A stretch of 64,000 nt of DNA. Origin: Candidatus Hydrogenedentota bacterium (GTDB lineage: Bacteria; Hydrogenedentota; Hydrogenedentia; Hydrogenedentales; JAEUWI01). The notes under the pieces are model-generated. The model was not told the DNA's origin, made no database searches, and was given only the letters and a program-made list of their open reading frames with translations. Location of the stretch: NCBI GenBank assembly GCA_034669905.1, contig JAXMOL010000020.1:69147-133146 (forward strand), written 5' to 3'. The translations under genes were made by a program, and so were the position numbers. Shown piece after piece: positions 9,304 through 19,040 of the stretch (position 1 is the stretch's first letter; each line of letters starts with the position of its first letter).

Positions 9304-12174
9304 TTACTTCTTCAGGTCTTCACCGGACGCTACGTCAATCTTCGCACCCGCCCGCAATCCGTCGGACCAGATTTTGAGCTCGCGCTCCCAATTCTGTACG
9401 CCATAGGACGCGGGGAATTGCATGCCGCGACGCCAGCCGCCTCGAATCCAATAGCGGAAGTGCTGTCCTTCGGGTGCGGCGATGAGGTGACGTTCTTCGG
9501 GGTAGGCCTTCACCTCGATTTGCTCATGGGCCGTGGTGACCGCGAGGCCAATGTCGCCAATGTCATCACCCTGACGTCCCCATACCCCGAGGGTGCCGGG
9601 GGTGGCGAGGTTGACCCCTTCGGCGAGGTCCATAAGACCAATGCCCACCGTGGCACCTTCCAGGCCATCGGGGAGTATCACGTTGACCTCGGATTCGGTG
9701 CGGCCCGCGTAAATCAGGCAGCGGAGGATGACCTTCTTCTCGGGCATGTCGGGGAAAACATTACTGGCAATGATCTCCACCCCCGCGCGCACCGGGCCGG
9801 AACCCAGCACCTTGTGCTCAAAGGTCACATGTCCTTCACCGGCCGGACTCTGCACCGGGTAGGCCTTGCCGTCGTGGTAAATGGTCAAGCCACCAAGCCC
9901 ACTGGTCTTTCCGACATGGAGGGCGTCGATGCCCCAATCCTGCTCGGTGTGGTAGTTCACGCCTTCCAAGGGATAGATGAGGCGCTCTTCCCGGGGCAGT
10001 AACTGGACCTGCTTCCCGAAGAAGTCGAATTGTCCGGTGTAGAAGCGGAAGGCACCCGCGTCCGACTCCCACGCTACGTAGGCCGGGTTGTCGAGGACGG
10101 CATTGGTGAGTTGGGGATGCGTCGACGTGCTTTCGCCCGCGGTGTGGTAAAAAACGTAGTACGTGTTTGGTGTGTCTGCGTGTGCGTCGACGACAAAACT
10201 CAGTTCGGCGTCTTTACCATTGCGCCACGTGTTGAACTGATGGGGTATTTCGCGCCAGGTCAGCCAATAGTCACCGCTTACGACCACACAGTTGTCTGGG
10301 TTGAAGTCCGCAGCCTGGGCCACCAGGTCGGCTACGGGAATGGAGACCACATGATCTTGCAGCACAGCTTCGGAAGTCTTGCCGAGAGCAAGGGTCAGGG
10401 GGATACGCTTCGTATAGGTCTGGCCATTGCGCGTGAGGGGCGATGACTTTTCGCTGTCCATCGGAGCATCGGAAGTCTCGCTTGTTTTCTTGGCGGCCTT
10501 GCCGATGTTGCCCGCCAGGTAGAGGGCTTCGATATCGCCCCAGTGCTGCTGGTTTCCCAAGGCCGATTTCAAGGCGACAAATAAGCGGTCGCGAACGAGA
10601 GCGGTGTAGAAGCGTGCACCGGCGGGAGTATTTTGTATGCGTTGTCCGATGCCCGTTTCGGGATGCCGGTCGAGCAGCGGTCCACGGTAATAGTCGATGA
10701 CCGCCTGAACGTCTTCCGGGGTTTCGCCCAGCGCTGCAAGCGCTCCATCGATGAAGGCCTGGTTGGCTTCCAGCGAGCGCGCTATTGCGGGCTTGTAGAC
10801 GGAAGGCAATGCCTCAAAGGTCAGGGCATAGGTCTCGTCACCCGGCGCGAGTTGCTGGGTAAAATCCACCGTGCCATCGCCATTCACGTCGGCTTCGCGG
10901 ACGTCGAGCTTGCCGTCGTTGTCGCTGTCTTTCCAGGTATAGGCGGCGTCCAACACGCCATCGTGGTTGAAGTCCACGTCCATGTAGCCATAGTCGGCAC
11001 CCAGGAGGTGGAGGCGCTGGTCGACTTCGTCGAAGTAGAGCGCCAGGGGCGACGCGGGGTCGGCCGTAACTTCCACGCGCTTGTTGAAGGGCGAAGAGGG
11101 CGGACCACCGACCTGTTCGAAATCGCCGTGCTTGGACTTGGCATTGAGGATGCCTTCCCACCGCTCGTGCGGGTCGTCTTCAGGCGTCTCGTCGGTGTTG
11201 CTGTTAATCTCGTCCCAGGTGAGCATGGCCTTGCCCCACTTGGCCTGCTGTCCAAACTCCATGCACTTATCCCACGGCACGACGGGGAGAGTCTTGACCC
11301 CGCGAATATCCAGGGCTTCCGAGTGCCAGGCGGCGGAGGAGAGTCCTTCTTCCGGCGGCAAGGCGGTGACGGAAAAGTCGTAGTTGTGGGTGTCTTTGCC
11401 ATAGGCATCGTCATCGGCATCGATGCTGTAGCGGAGGTTCTTCACGGCCTCGCCGATGGCACTGATGCGGACCACGACTTCGCTGGCCTGGTCGCCATCG
11501 GGATCGTAAAAAGCGAAGGGGTCTTCCCATACGTTGACCCAGTGTTCGCTCTCTTCCGTCAGACGGAATTGGTAGAAGAGCTCGTCGCCGCTGAAGTGGG
11601 TGCGCCACTGGCAGAGGGGCTGGTAGTAGGTGCCGTTCACGTCGTGCCACAGCAGGTTGTCGTCGCCAATGTCAACAGCCCACCAGACGGTCATGTCGTC
11701 TTTTCCGTCCTTCCAATTCTTGTTGTAGAAAAGGCCCATCTGATCCACGTCGTTGTCGCCGTCATCATCCTGATAATCGGAGACCACATCAATATAGCCA
11801 TCGGCGTCCCAATCCCAGAAGTACAAATCGCTGTCCAGATCGGGACGTCCGGTTGCCGCGTAGTCGCCGTCCTCATCCACGGCGCAGACGAGGATTTTTT
11901 CCTTGTTGTGGCGATAATCCGTGGCCATGTACCAGATTTCATCGACCTTTCCATCCCCATCCCGATCGACGGTGAGGGATTCACCGGCCGGGAGGGCCGC
12001 TACTTCGGCGATGCGTTCCGCAGGGATAACGCGGGGCAGGTTAAAGATGCGCTCAAACACCACCGTGTTTTTCGGGCTGCCCACGGCATCGCTCTGGGCA
12101 TGGACAAGGGTCGGGGCTCCGAGCATCAACAGCGCGATGCTGGTGAAGCGCGCATAGCGGTCAGCTATAGACAT
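9304..12174 (-). CDS. Secreted protein with many Dx[DN]xDG Ca-binding loops and a C-terminal DUF4861-like domain
   Basis: Signal peptide ending VHA; DRDGDGKVDE, DWDADGYID, DDDGDNDVD, DPDGDQASE, DFNHDGVLD, DSDNDGKLD, DVNGDGTVD; C-terminal AWESDAGAFRFY...FDFFGK...YHTEQDWGIDALHVGKTSGLGG...GPVR; AGGAG RBS. Confidence 0.78.
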   Translation of the reverse strand: MSIADRYARFTSIALLMLGAPTLVHAQSDAVGSPKNTVVFERIFNLPRVIPAERIAEVAALPAGESLTVDRDGDGKVDEIWYMATDYRHNKEKILVCAVDEDGDYAATGRPDLDSDLYFWDWDADGYIDVVSDYQDDDGDNDVDQMGLFYNKNWKDGKDDMTVWWAVDIGDDNLLWHDVNGTYYQPLCQWRTHFSGDELFYQFRLTEESEHWVNVWEDPFAFYDPDGDQASEVVVRISAIGEAVKNLRYSIDADDDAYGKDTHNYDFSVTALPPEEGLSSAAWHSEALDIRGVKTLPVVPWDKCMEFGQQAKWGKAMLTWDEINSNTDETPEDDPHERWEGILNAKSKHGDFEQVGGPPSSPFNKRVEVTADPASPLALYFDEVDQRLHLLGADYGYMDVDFNHDGVLDAAYTWKDSDNDGKLDVREADVNGDGTVDFTQQLAPGDETYALTFEALPSVYKPAIARSLEANQAFIDGALAALGETPEDVQAVIDYYRGPLLDRHPETGIGQRIQNTPAGARFYTALVRDRLFVALKSALGNQQHWGDIEALYLAGNIGKAAKKTSETSDAPMDSEKSSPLTRNGQTYTKRIPLTLALGKTSEAVLQDHVVSIPVADLVAQAADFNPDNCVVVSGDYWLTWREIPHQFNTWRNGKDAELSFVVDAHADTPNTYYVFYHTAGESTSTHPQLTNAVLDNPAYVAWESDAGAFRFYTGQFDFFGKQVQLLPREERLIYPLEGVNYHTEQDWGIDALHVGKTSGLGGLTIYHDGKAYPVQSPAGEGHVTFEHKVLGSGPVRAGVEIIASNVFPDMPEKKVILRCLIYAGRTESEVNVILPDGLEGATVGIGLMDLAEGVNLATPGTLGVWGRQGDDIGDIGLAVTTAHEQIEVKAYPEERHLIAAPEGQHFRYWIRGGWRRGMQFPASYGVQNWERELKIWSDGLRAGAKIDVASGEDLKK

Positions 12175-12257
12175 GACGATAAATTCTCCTGAGTATTGAA
12201 ACGAGTTGCACCGCGAAAGGCCTGGAGTAGCCGTTGGTCCCGACGGATATAAGTTGG

Positions 12258-12446
12258 ACCACGAATGGACACCAATTTACACGAATACGATTGGCCCCGA
12301 CCAATCAGGCGACCACAGAAAGTACAGAACAACACGGAAGGGGAAGCCGCGATAGCGAGACCGTGTTGTCCAACGAAAAAGGGTTGGTCATTGCCCAATT
12401 GCGTCGCCGCTTTCCTGATTCGTGTTAGTTGGTGTCCATTCGTGGT
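12258..12446. repeat. Inverted pair of 10-bp-periodic ACACGAAT repeats in a divergent intergenic region
   Basis: ACCACGAATGGACACCAATTTACACGAAT (12258-12286) vs ATTCGTGTTAGTTGGTGTCCATTCGTGGT (12418-12446), plus an internal CCACAGAAAGTACAGAACAACACGGAA. Confidence 0.75.
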
Positions 12447-12611
12447 TCAACTTTTTGGGTTGTCGCTCACCAAGGTGCCAAGCCCTACGTGGTGAAAATG
12501 TTACTTGCTTGCGTTGCGATGCGGCATCGCTTGCTCTTAGCTTCGGACGTTCGCATTCATGAAATACGTATGCTAGTCTACAACCGATTGACCCCACAAT
12601 GGAATAGGCCT

Positions 12612-15608
12612 ATGAAAAACTCTGTACCCATAGTTATTTTGATGTCCTTTTGTGTGTTGCTGAGCGCAGACCTGTTGGCACAGGAGGCACGGCGCGACGA
12701 GTACATCCACGCGGTGGTTCGGGGCGCGGGCTTTTTGCCGTGGCAGGAACAGGGCGTATCCGAAGCGGAAGAAACCTTTCGCGCTGAGATGGAAGCGCGA
12801 AAAGATACCCTGCTCTCGGGACCGTCCATTGCGCACCCCGCCTTCTATGATGCCGAGGCGATTGCCCGGGCAAAGGAGAATATCGCGCAGCACGATTGGG
12901 CGAAGGCCTGGCTTGCCAATCAGGTGGACCTCGCCGAATACGTCGTGGCCCAGGACCCCGGTTGGATAGAGGCCATGATTCCCCTGGAAGCGCCCAGCCC
13001 CATCTATGGGTTTACCTGTCCCCATTGTGTGGGCGTGAAGAGTCAGGAGGGCGTGGGGTCACGGTTGGTGGATTGGTCCTATAAGAAACCCGATGAGATC
13101 CGCTGTCGTCGCTGCAAGACGGTCTTTCCCAATGCCGCCTATCCCGAAACGGCAAGCCTCCAGCTACCCCGTCTCGGCCAGACAGTATCCTATCATTTGA
13201 ACCCGGCGGAGCAGGCGAATCCGGACGACCGAAGTGGCAAGCTCGCGTGGCACTGGGTCGGCTATCCCATGCACGTCAGCTTCAGTGGCGTCATCCGCGA
13301 GAAGAAGATTGCCTTCATGCGGACCGCCGCGAAATCGCTCGCGTTGGCCTGGCTCTTCACCGAAGATCCCCGCTATGCTGTTGCCACGCGGGAGGTGATG
13401 ACCCGCTATGCCACGGCCTACCGCCAGTGGCCCTACCACGACTACTGGGGCACCTACGCGGACTGCGATCCCCTCTACGCAGCCTGGCACGACAGGAGCC
13501 TGCCCCTGGTCTGGAAGCGCCACCTTTCCGAAAGTGCCTTTGCGAAGGATTCCCTGGAAAAGGCACGCATGCTCCAAACCTATTGGGGGGCGGGACGAAT
13601 CCACGCCAGCACGGATGGCGTGAGTGGACTGAATCAGTTTGTGCAGGCCTATGACTTTACGTGGAACGCCGTGGATGAGTCCGGCAATCCCGTGTGGGAT
13701 GATGCGTCGCGACGTCTGGTAGAGCGGGACCTCATTCTGGAAGCGGCCTTCGGTGCCGAGCCCTATATCGGGGGTCCCGGTGAGGCGAAGGAGGAAAACA
13801 ACAAGGCTCCCCGCATTTACAACGCCTTTGGCGCGGTGGGGAAGGTCCTTGGCATTCCTCAATATGTGGACGTGGCCATTCGTGGCTACGAATGTGTGCG
13901 CGATGCTTCCTTCAATTACGATGGCTTCAGTACGGAGAGTCCGTCCTACACCAACATGTATCTGGCCCAATTGCTCATCGTGCCGGAATCCCTCCATGGC
14001 TATGTCTGGCCCGAAGGGGTCCCCGGTCGCAGTGGCACCGTTGATCTCTATGGGCAGGACGAACGGCTGAAGCTCATGTACCAGTCTATCTTGGACACCA
14101 TACTTCCCAATGGTGAATATCTCCCGCTGAGTGATACCCGCCTTAACAGCAAACCATCCGTCCACATCTTGCAGATGGGTGCCCGTCGGTATCCGGAAAA
14201 CTTCGCGGGCGTCTTGCCCAACATCCACCGGAGCACTGGCGACGAGTATGCGGTGTTTAATCTGAACGAAGAAGCGCTCCGAGAGAAACGCCCCCTGGAA
14301 CAAGAGGACACCCTCTATCCCGCCTGGAAGACGGCGATTCTGCGGCATGGTCGGGGCACGGAAGCCGATACCCTTACCCTGGCCTTCAACCCCCGTGGGG
14401 GACACCGCCACTACGATAACCTGGCGCTCTTTTACGATGACGGCGGGCGCACCGTCGTGGGGGACCTGGGGTACCTGGGTGACATGCCGGTGAACAAATG
14501 GATCAAGGCCACGGCCAGTCACAATCTCGTGATCGTCGACGGGAAGGAGCAGGAATTCAACGGGCGTAAGACCAGTTTTGAATTCATGGCGTCCTCGCCG
14601 CTGGCCTCGGTGGTCGAGGCGACGTCCACGGCCTACCCGCAGTGCAGCGACTACCGACGTCGCGTGTTGATGGTAAGAACGGGCGAGAACGAGACCTTCG
14701 CGATCGATGTGTTTACGGTGCGCGGTGGTTCGGAGCACCGTTTTCGCAGCTACAGTGAGTTGGCCTCCAGTTACGCGGCCGACGGAAATCTGCGCTTTGA
14801 CGGCGTCGAAATTCCGGAGGAGGCCTCGTTGCCCGACGTGGGGGCGAGCCTGGCCAAGGAAGATATCTACGGCGTGCGCGATGTCCGGGTGGGCACGGCC
14901 CGCGGTGAGACCTGGCAGGCGACGTGGCAGGATGAGACGGGCGGATATCGCCTCTGGTTGGCCAGCCCGGCCGACCGCGTGGAGGCTTCCAACGGCCCGG
15001 GACAGCGCACCATGGATGAAAAGGGCCGTCGCGTGCGCTATGTGGATACGGTTCGGAGTGGCACAGACGTGCAGAGCACCTTCGTCGCCGTGCACGAGCC
15101 CCTCCACGACGGACACCGTATCGGCGCTGTTACGCGTGTTAAGAATTCAGGAGGTGCCGACGCAGTGGCCCTGCGCATCGAGGGAGAGACGGGCGTGTAT
15201 CTGGCGTTGAACAATTTCGATGCGGTGGCCACGGTGGAAGACGTGGCGTTTCAGGGACGCTTTGCCTTGATCCATCGTCCGCCAGCCGGGCCCACACGCT
15301 ATCTCGCCCTGGGTGCCGAGACGCTCCGTATCGACGGGCAGGAATGTGTCACGGGCCCTGGAGTCTGGCAGAGCGCGGCCACCCGGGTGTCTACAGATAC
15401 CCTGAAAGCCGAGCAGTCCCCTCCTGCGGCCTGGGGAACGGAGATGGGTGAGGCCAAAGCCTATGCACGGATTTTAGTCGACGGCGACTGGACGGGGATT
15501 CCGCTGGAAGACATCGCGGACGACGGGACCGTTCGCGCCGCTCGTTTTCCCCTCCCGTCCCTCAGCGCGATCGAGGTGCTTCGGACGTGTGCAGGTACAT
15601 TACCGTAG
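12612..15608 (+). CDS. Heparinase II/III-like polysaccharide lyase, secreted, with zinc-ribbon insert
   Basis: Signal peptide MKNSVPIV...LLAQ; DGFSTESPSY; GGHRHYDNLALF...VGDLGY; ASHNLVIVDGKEQ; DYRRRV; IDVFTVRGG; CPHC...CRRC near the N-terminus. Confidence 0.82.
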   Translation: MKNSVPIVILMSFCVLLSADLLAQEARRDEYIHAVVRGAGFLPWQEQGVSEAEETFRAEMEARKDTLLSGPSIAHPAFYDAEAIARAKENIAQHDWAKAWLANQVDLAEYVVAQDPGWIEAMIPLEAPSPIYGFTCPHCVGVKSQEGVGSRLVDWSYKKPDEIRCRRCKTVFPNAAYPETASLQLPRLGQTVSYHLNPAEQANPDDRSGKLAWHWVGYPMHVSFSGVIREKKIAFMRTAAKSLALAWLFTEDPRYAVATREVMTRYATAYRQWPYHDYWGTYADCDPLYAAWHDRSLPLVWKRHLSESAFAKDSLEKARMLQTYWGAGRIHASTDGVSGLNQFVQAYDFTWNAVDESGNPVWDDASRRLVERDLILEAAFGAEPYIGGPGEAKEENNKAPRIYNAFGAVGKVLGIPQYVDVAIRGYECVRDASFNYDGFSTESPSYTNMYLAQLLIVPESLHGYVWPEGVPGRSGTVDLYGQDERLKLMYQSILDTILPNGEYLPLSDTRLNSKPSVHILQMGARRYPENFAGVLPNIHRSTGDEYAVFNLNEEALREKRPLEQEDTLYPAWKTAILRHGRGTEADTLTLAFNPRGGHRHYDNLALFYDDGGRTVVGDLGYLGDMPVNKWIKATASHNLVIVDGKEQEFNGRKTSFEFMASSPLASVVEATSTAYPQCSDYRRRVLMVRTGENETFAIDVFTVRGGSEHRFRSYSELASSYAADGNLRFDGVEIPEEASLPDVGASLAKEDIYGVRDVRVGTARGETWQATWQDETGGYRLWLASPADRVEASNGPGQRTMDEKGRRVRYVDTVRSGTDVQSTFVAVHEPLHDGHRIGAVTRVKNSGGADAVALRIEGETGVYLALNNFDAVATVEDVAFQGRFALIHRPPAGPTRYLALGAETLRIDGQECVTGPGVWQSAATRVSTDTLKAEQSPPAAWGTEMGEAKAYARILVDGDWTGIPLEDIADDGTVRAARFPLPSLSAIEVLRTCAGTLP

Positions 15609-15808
15609 GGCGTGCTGGCTCCAATGCTTACTGTCCGTTTCCGCGGGGAATTTTCGTGCCCAATCGCCGTCCAAGACGCCATTAAAGATTTATCAGTAGA
15701 GACTAATTATTGAGTCGATGGTCCGCACCGATTGATTTGGAAGCAAGCATATCCCAATTGTTGTAATCGAAAACTCGATTAAAGCTCTTTTTCCGATGCT
15801 CAGACTGT

Positions 15809-15823
15809 TGGATCAATTCTTGC
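15809..15823 (+). promoter_or_regulatory. Possible sigma-54 (-24/-12) promoter upstream of the PEP-CTERM gene
   Basis: TGGATCAATTCTTGC has the GG-N10-GC spacing but an imperfect -24 box; PEP-CTERM genes are often sigma-54 controlled. Confidence 0.3.
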
Positions 15824-15866
15824 AGCGATTAGCGGGTTGTCGGCGATGTTTGCATTCTAAATTCTT

Positions 15867-16472
15867 ATGAAGATTGGAGGAAAAATGGGAACGATGAAAT
15901 CAGTAATTGTGCCGATGATTGCGTTGGCGGCGTCCGCAATCCCCTTGCAGACATCCGCATCGCTGATCGGCGATGAAGTTTCGGGCGTATTCAATGTTGG
16001 TGCCGACACTACAAACTACTTTGACGCTGGCTTGGGTTCCTTGCCGGTCGAGGCTACGGTCGGAGCCGGCAATGAGTTCTTTGGTGATCTTCTTTTTGCG
16101 GATGTATACGTAGATCTTGGAGCAAATACGTTGTCCTTCGGGGTTCAAAACCAAGGGTCCTACAATCTCACCCCCACGGGTCGGATGGAAGTCTGGCTGG
16201 AAGACCTCGATTGGGTAGGTCAGCCAGGTGGCTACATCTCGGGCCTGAACCCGATTAGCTCGGATTTTACCGATTTGACCTATGACTTTACGGACCACGG
16301 TATTCATTTGTCGATTGGCGACCAGCGGTACACCAGCCCGGATGAGCTATGGATCGCAAATTTTGCGATTGTCAGTGATCACGCACCGATTCCCGAGCCA
16401 ACAACCGTTGCGCTCCTGGGCCTCGGACTGATTGGCATGGTAGCCCGACATCGGGTAGCTAACCGGGCATAG
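15867..16472 (+). CDS. PEP-CTERM sorting domain-containing exported protein
   Basis: Signal peptide (...QTSAS); C-terminal IPEPTTVALLGLGLIGMVARHR; GGAGG RBS points to a start near 15885-15894. Confidence 0.92.
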   Translation: MKIGGKMGTMKSVIVPMIALAASAIPLQTSASLIGDEVSGVFNVGADTTNYFDAGLGSLPVEATVGAGNEFFGDLLFADVYVDLGANTLSFGVQNQGSYNLTPTGRMEVWLEDLDWVGQPGGYISGLNPISSDFTDLTYDFTDHGIHLSIGDQRYTSPDELWIANFAIVSDHAPIPEPTTVALLGLGLIGMVARHRVANRA

Positions 16473-16500
16473 AAAAGCATCAGTCACCTTGCATGCGACA

Positions 16501-16530
16501 ACCGTCGGCGCCTATCGTCGGCGGTTTTTC
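16501..16530 (+). terminator. Rho-independent terminator after the PEP-CTERM gene
   Basis: ACCGTCGGCG-CCTAT-CGTCGGCGGT (two G-U pairs) followed by TTTT. Confidence 0.55.
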
Positions 16531-16568
16531 TTGCTTCCGCTGGGTTAGCCCTCCTGTCTGGCGACACG

Positions 16569-16667
16569 AAAAGCTATGCGCGAACTCTGACTGATGGTGA
16601 CTGGACGGGTATTGCACAGGAATCCATCGCAGACGACGGCACGGTTCGAGGCACTGCTTTTCCTTAG
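16569..16667 (+). pseudogene. Decayed duplicate of the 3' end of the heparinase II/III-like gene
   Basis: Translates KSYARTLTDGDWTGIAQESIADDGTVRGTAFP*, against KAYARILVDGDWTGIPLEDIADDGTVRAARFP at 15456-15551. Confidence 0.85.
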
Positions 16668-17269
16668 ACGGAGACTACGCGAATGGAATTGCCAACGTCG
16701 TATTCAGGAAGTCTGTCGAAGTAACACGAGGCCTTCGGGCGGCAGAGATGGCGGTAACGGCCCCGGACGGGAGTTGTCGAAACTTGTACAATACGACGGT
16801 CACCTCGCCGGCCCCCCAATTGGGGGGTAGAAAGCGGGCTCCTAAACGAGTCGGTACCATTAGGGCTGGCCCCTCTGAGACCTTGAATCGGTATGGGACG
16901 ATTGGGACATCCGGATATCAGCGTGAGAAAGTAGGATTGCGAATACGGGTAGGTCTTGACGCTTAAGAATCAACCCATTCTTCCGTTTAATCCGAGAGAA
17001 TTCTGCCACAGTGGTTGGTGTCTTGGAATGCCGTGGAGACGTAGAGTTCAGATTCGACACGGAAGCGCCCGCCGAGAGATTTTCTCTGCCCTCCCGTGAG
17101 GCGATTTGAAATCCCCAGAACCCGCTACGGGAAGAGTAACCAGTGGATTGTTATGAAGGCTTCCCGATTATACTCCCCTATACTCCAACAGGCTTGCCCT
17201 GAATAGCCCGTCCTATACGGGGTATACTATGCAAGAGCCCACACCATCATCACAGCAAGAGGGATTGCC

Positions 17270-18448
17270 GTGCCTAGCCAAATCCACCAGGACCTCATGT
17301 ATCTCGCGGGGAGATTGCTGCACCGTAGTGCGCAAAGTGAATGTGAGCGGGATGCTGCCGAGTATATCGAGCGCCGCTTCAAGGAGCATACGCCGGAGGT
17401 GTCGTCGGAGTCGTTCTTCTGTATCGAGAACTATCCCTACCTTTTCGCGTCCTATTTTTCCGAATTTCTTGTCGTGGGTATTCTCTCCATCTACTGGCCG
17501 CTGATGGCCTTCTTATATGGTGGGGCCGTCTTCATTTTTTATTTCATGGAGTTTTCCGGGTTTCGCGGACTCTCCCGTTTCATGCCCCAGTATCCCTCTC
17601 AGAATGTGGTGGCCCGCTTTCAGGCGGTCCGACCACGCAGTCTGATCGTCGTGACGGCCCACTATGACAGCGGCTGCGCCAGTCCACTCACGTCACCTGC
17701 GGTCATCCCCTGGTTGCGGCTCCTCAATTACGTGGTGATTGCCGCGATGGTGATCGTACTGGCTACCTGTGTTTCCGATTTTATCGCGGTGCGGAATGGA
17801 GCGTCCGGCGAGATGGCCATGGCCGTCCGTGCCCTGGCTATTGGTATCCTGATGGCCGGTGCCCTGGCACTCTTCATGGCGTCGTCTCGCGGCGAGGATA
17901 TTCGGGGGGCCAATGGAAACGCTTCCGGTGTCGCTGCGCTACTCGGGCTCGCTGATTCCCTGGGCCGCGATCAGCCGGAAGACGCCGACGTCTGGTTGGT
18001 GGCGACGGGAAGCCATGAATCCTGGATGGGGGGGATGCGGCAGTTCCTGGCGGAGCATCATCTGGACCGGGCGAATACCTACATCCTCAATCTGGAGGGC
18101 ATCGGAGCCGGTGAGCCCCACGTGTTGACGAAGGAAGGCATGCTCCACGTCTTGCGGGCCAATCCGGATATGCTGCGCCATGCACGGGCCCTGGCTGACG
18201 CACATGGCATAAGAGAAGGGGTTATGCGCGCCGTGCCCACAGAGGCCCACGTGCCCCTTATGCGAGAAATGAACGCCATGACCGTCATGGGCCTGGATGA
18301 GGAAGGGCTCCCTCCTCACTGGAATCAGATCTCGGACCGCGTCACGGAGGTGGAGGAAAAAACCATAGCGCAAGTAACCAACTTTGCCGATGCCTTTATT
18401 CGGGTCCTGGCACGTGAACATGCCCAGGGGGAGTCTGGAAACGGATAG
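17270..18448 (+). CDS. Membrane-embedded M28-family peptidase homologue with altered metal ligands
   Basis: NVVARF, VVTAHYDSG, GANGNASGVAALL, VATGSHES, ILNLEGIG; four hydrophobic segments; GTG start. Confidence 0.8.
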   Translation: MPSQIHQDLMYLAGRLLHRSAQSECERDAAEYIERRFKEHTPEVSSESFFCIENYPYLFASYFSEFLVVGILSIYWPLMAFLYGGAVFIFYFMEFSGFRGLSRFMPQYPSQNVVARFQAVRPRSLIVVTAHYDSGCASPLTSPAVIPWLRLLNYVVIAAMVIVLATCVSDFIAVRNGASGEMAMAVRALAIGILMAGALALFMASSRGEDIRGANGNASGVAALLGLADSLGRDQPEDADVWLVATGSHESWMGGMRQFLAEHHLDRANTYILNLEGIGAGEPHVLTKEGMLHVLRANPDMLRHARALADAHGIREGVMRAVPTEAHVPLMREMNAMTVMGLDEEGLPPHWNQISDRVTEVEEKTIAQVTNFADAFIRVLAREHAQGESGNG

Positions 18449-18479
18449 GGGCGCTGGCCCCGGCATCGACTAACGACGA

Positions 18480-18812
18480 TCAGTCGCTGGCCTTGTTGAT
18501 TTCGCACGCCACCGAAGTCAGGAGTTGTTGCTTTAATGCCTCCACGCCCGCTTCGTCCAGGCCCGAAATCCAAATGTTGTCGGGCATCATCAGCACATTG
18601 GGACCCTCTTCACAGCGGTCCATGCACCCCGATTTACACACCCGGATGTGGCGCTTCAGTTTCTGGTCCTTCACCCACTGCTTCAGATCGGCGTGCAGCG
18701 CGACGCTGCCCCGCTCGGCGCAACAGACCCGTTCTCCGGGTTCACGGCAGTTGGTGCAGACGAAGAGGATTTTCTTGAAGGGTAGGGCGTGGGTGTCCAT
18801 CGTGTGGGGCAA
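18480..18812 (-). CDS. Thioredoxin-like [2Fe-2S] ferredoxin
   Basis: FVCTNCREPGERVCCAERG...VCKSGCMDRCEEGPNVLMMPDNIW. Confidence 0.9.
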   Translation of the reverse strand: MPHTMDTHALPFKKILFVCTNCREPGERVCCAERGSVALHADLKQWVKDQKLKRHIRVCKSGCMDRCEEGPNVLMMPDNIWISGLDEAGVEALKQQLLTSVACEINKASD

Positions 18813-19040
18813 ATTCCTGCGGTCATCGATTGCATTCCGTTACGAGCGCCAGTATGCCAGAGAGGCCGTGGACGGTGCCAGCACGGGGCGCATGATAAAG
18901 CCGTAGAACTGTGAGATTGAGATTAGGGGGCGGAGCGGGTACACTGTGCCCTTGAAAATATCGCGACAGCCCCACCCACCAGGTGAGACCGGGCCTGTTT
19001 GACTTCGCGACGCACGTACTTGTTTGGAGCACCCCCGATT

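Noticed and set aside
10633..15116. Long ORFs 10633-12192 (+) and 13164-15116 (-)
   Set aside because: Antisense to well-supported genes.
16670..17260. Short ORFs in the intergenic stretch after the duplicated fragment
   Set aside because: No convincing RBS, motif or protein-like composition; no RNA gene recognised.
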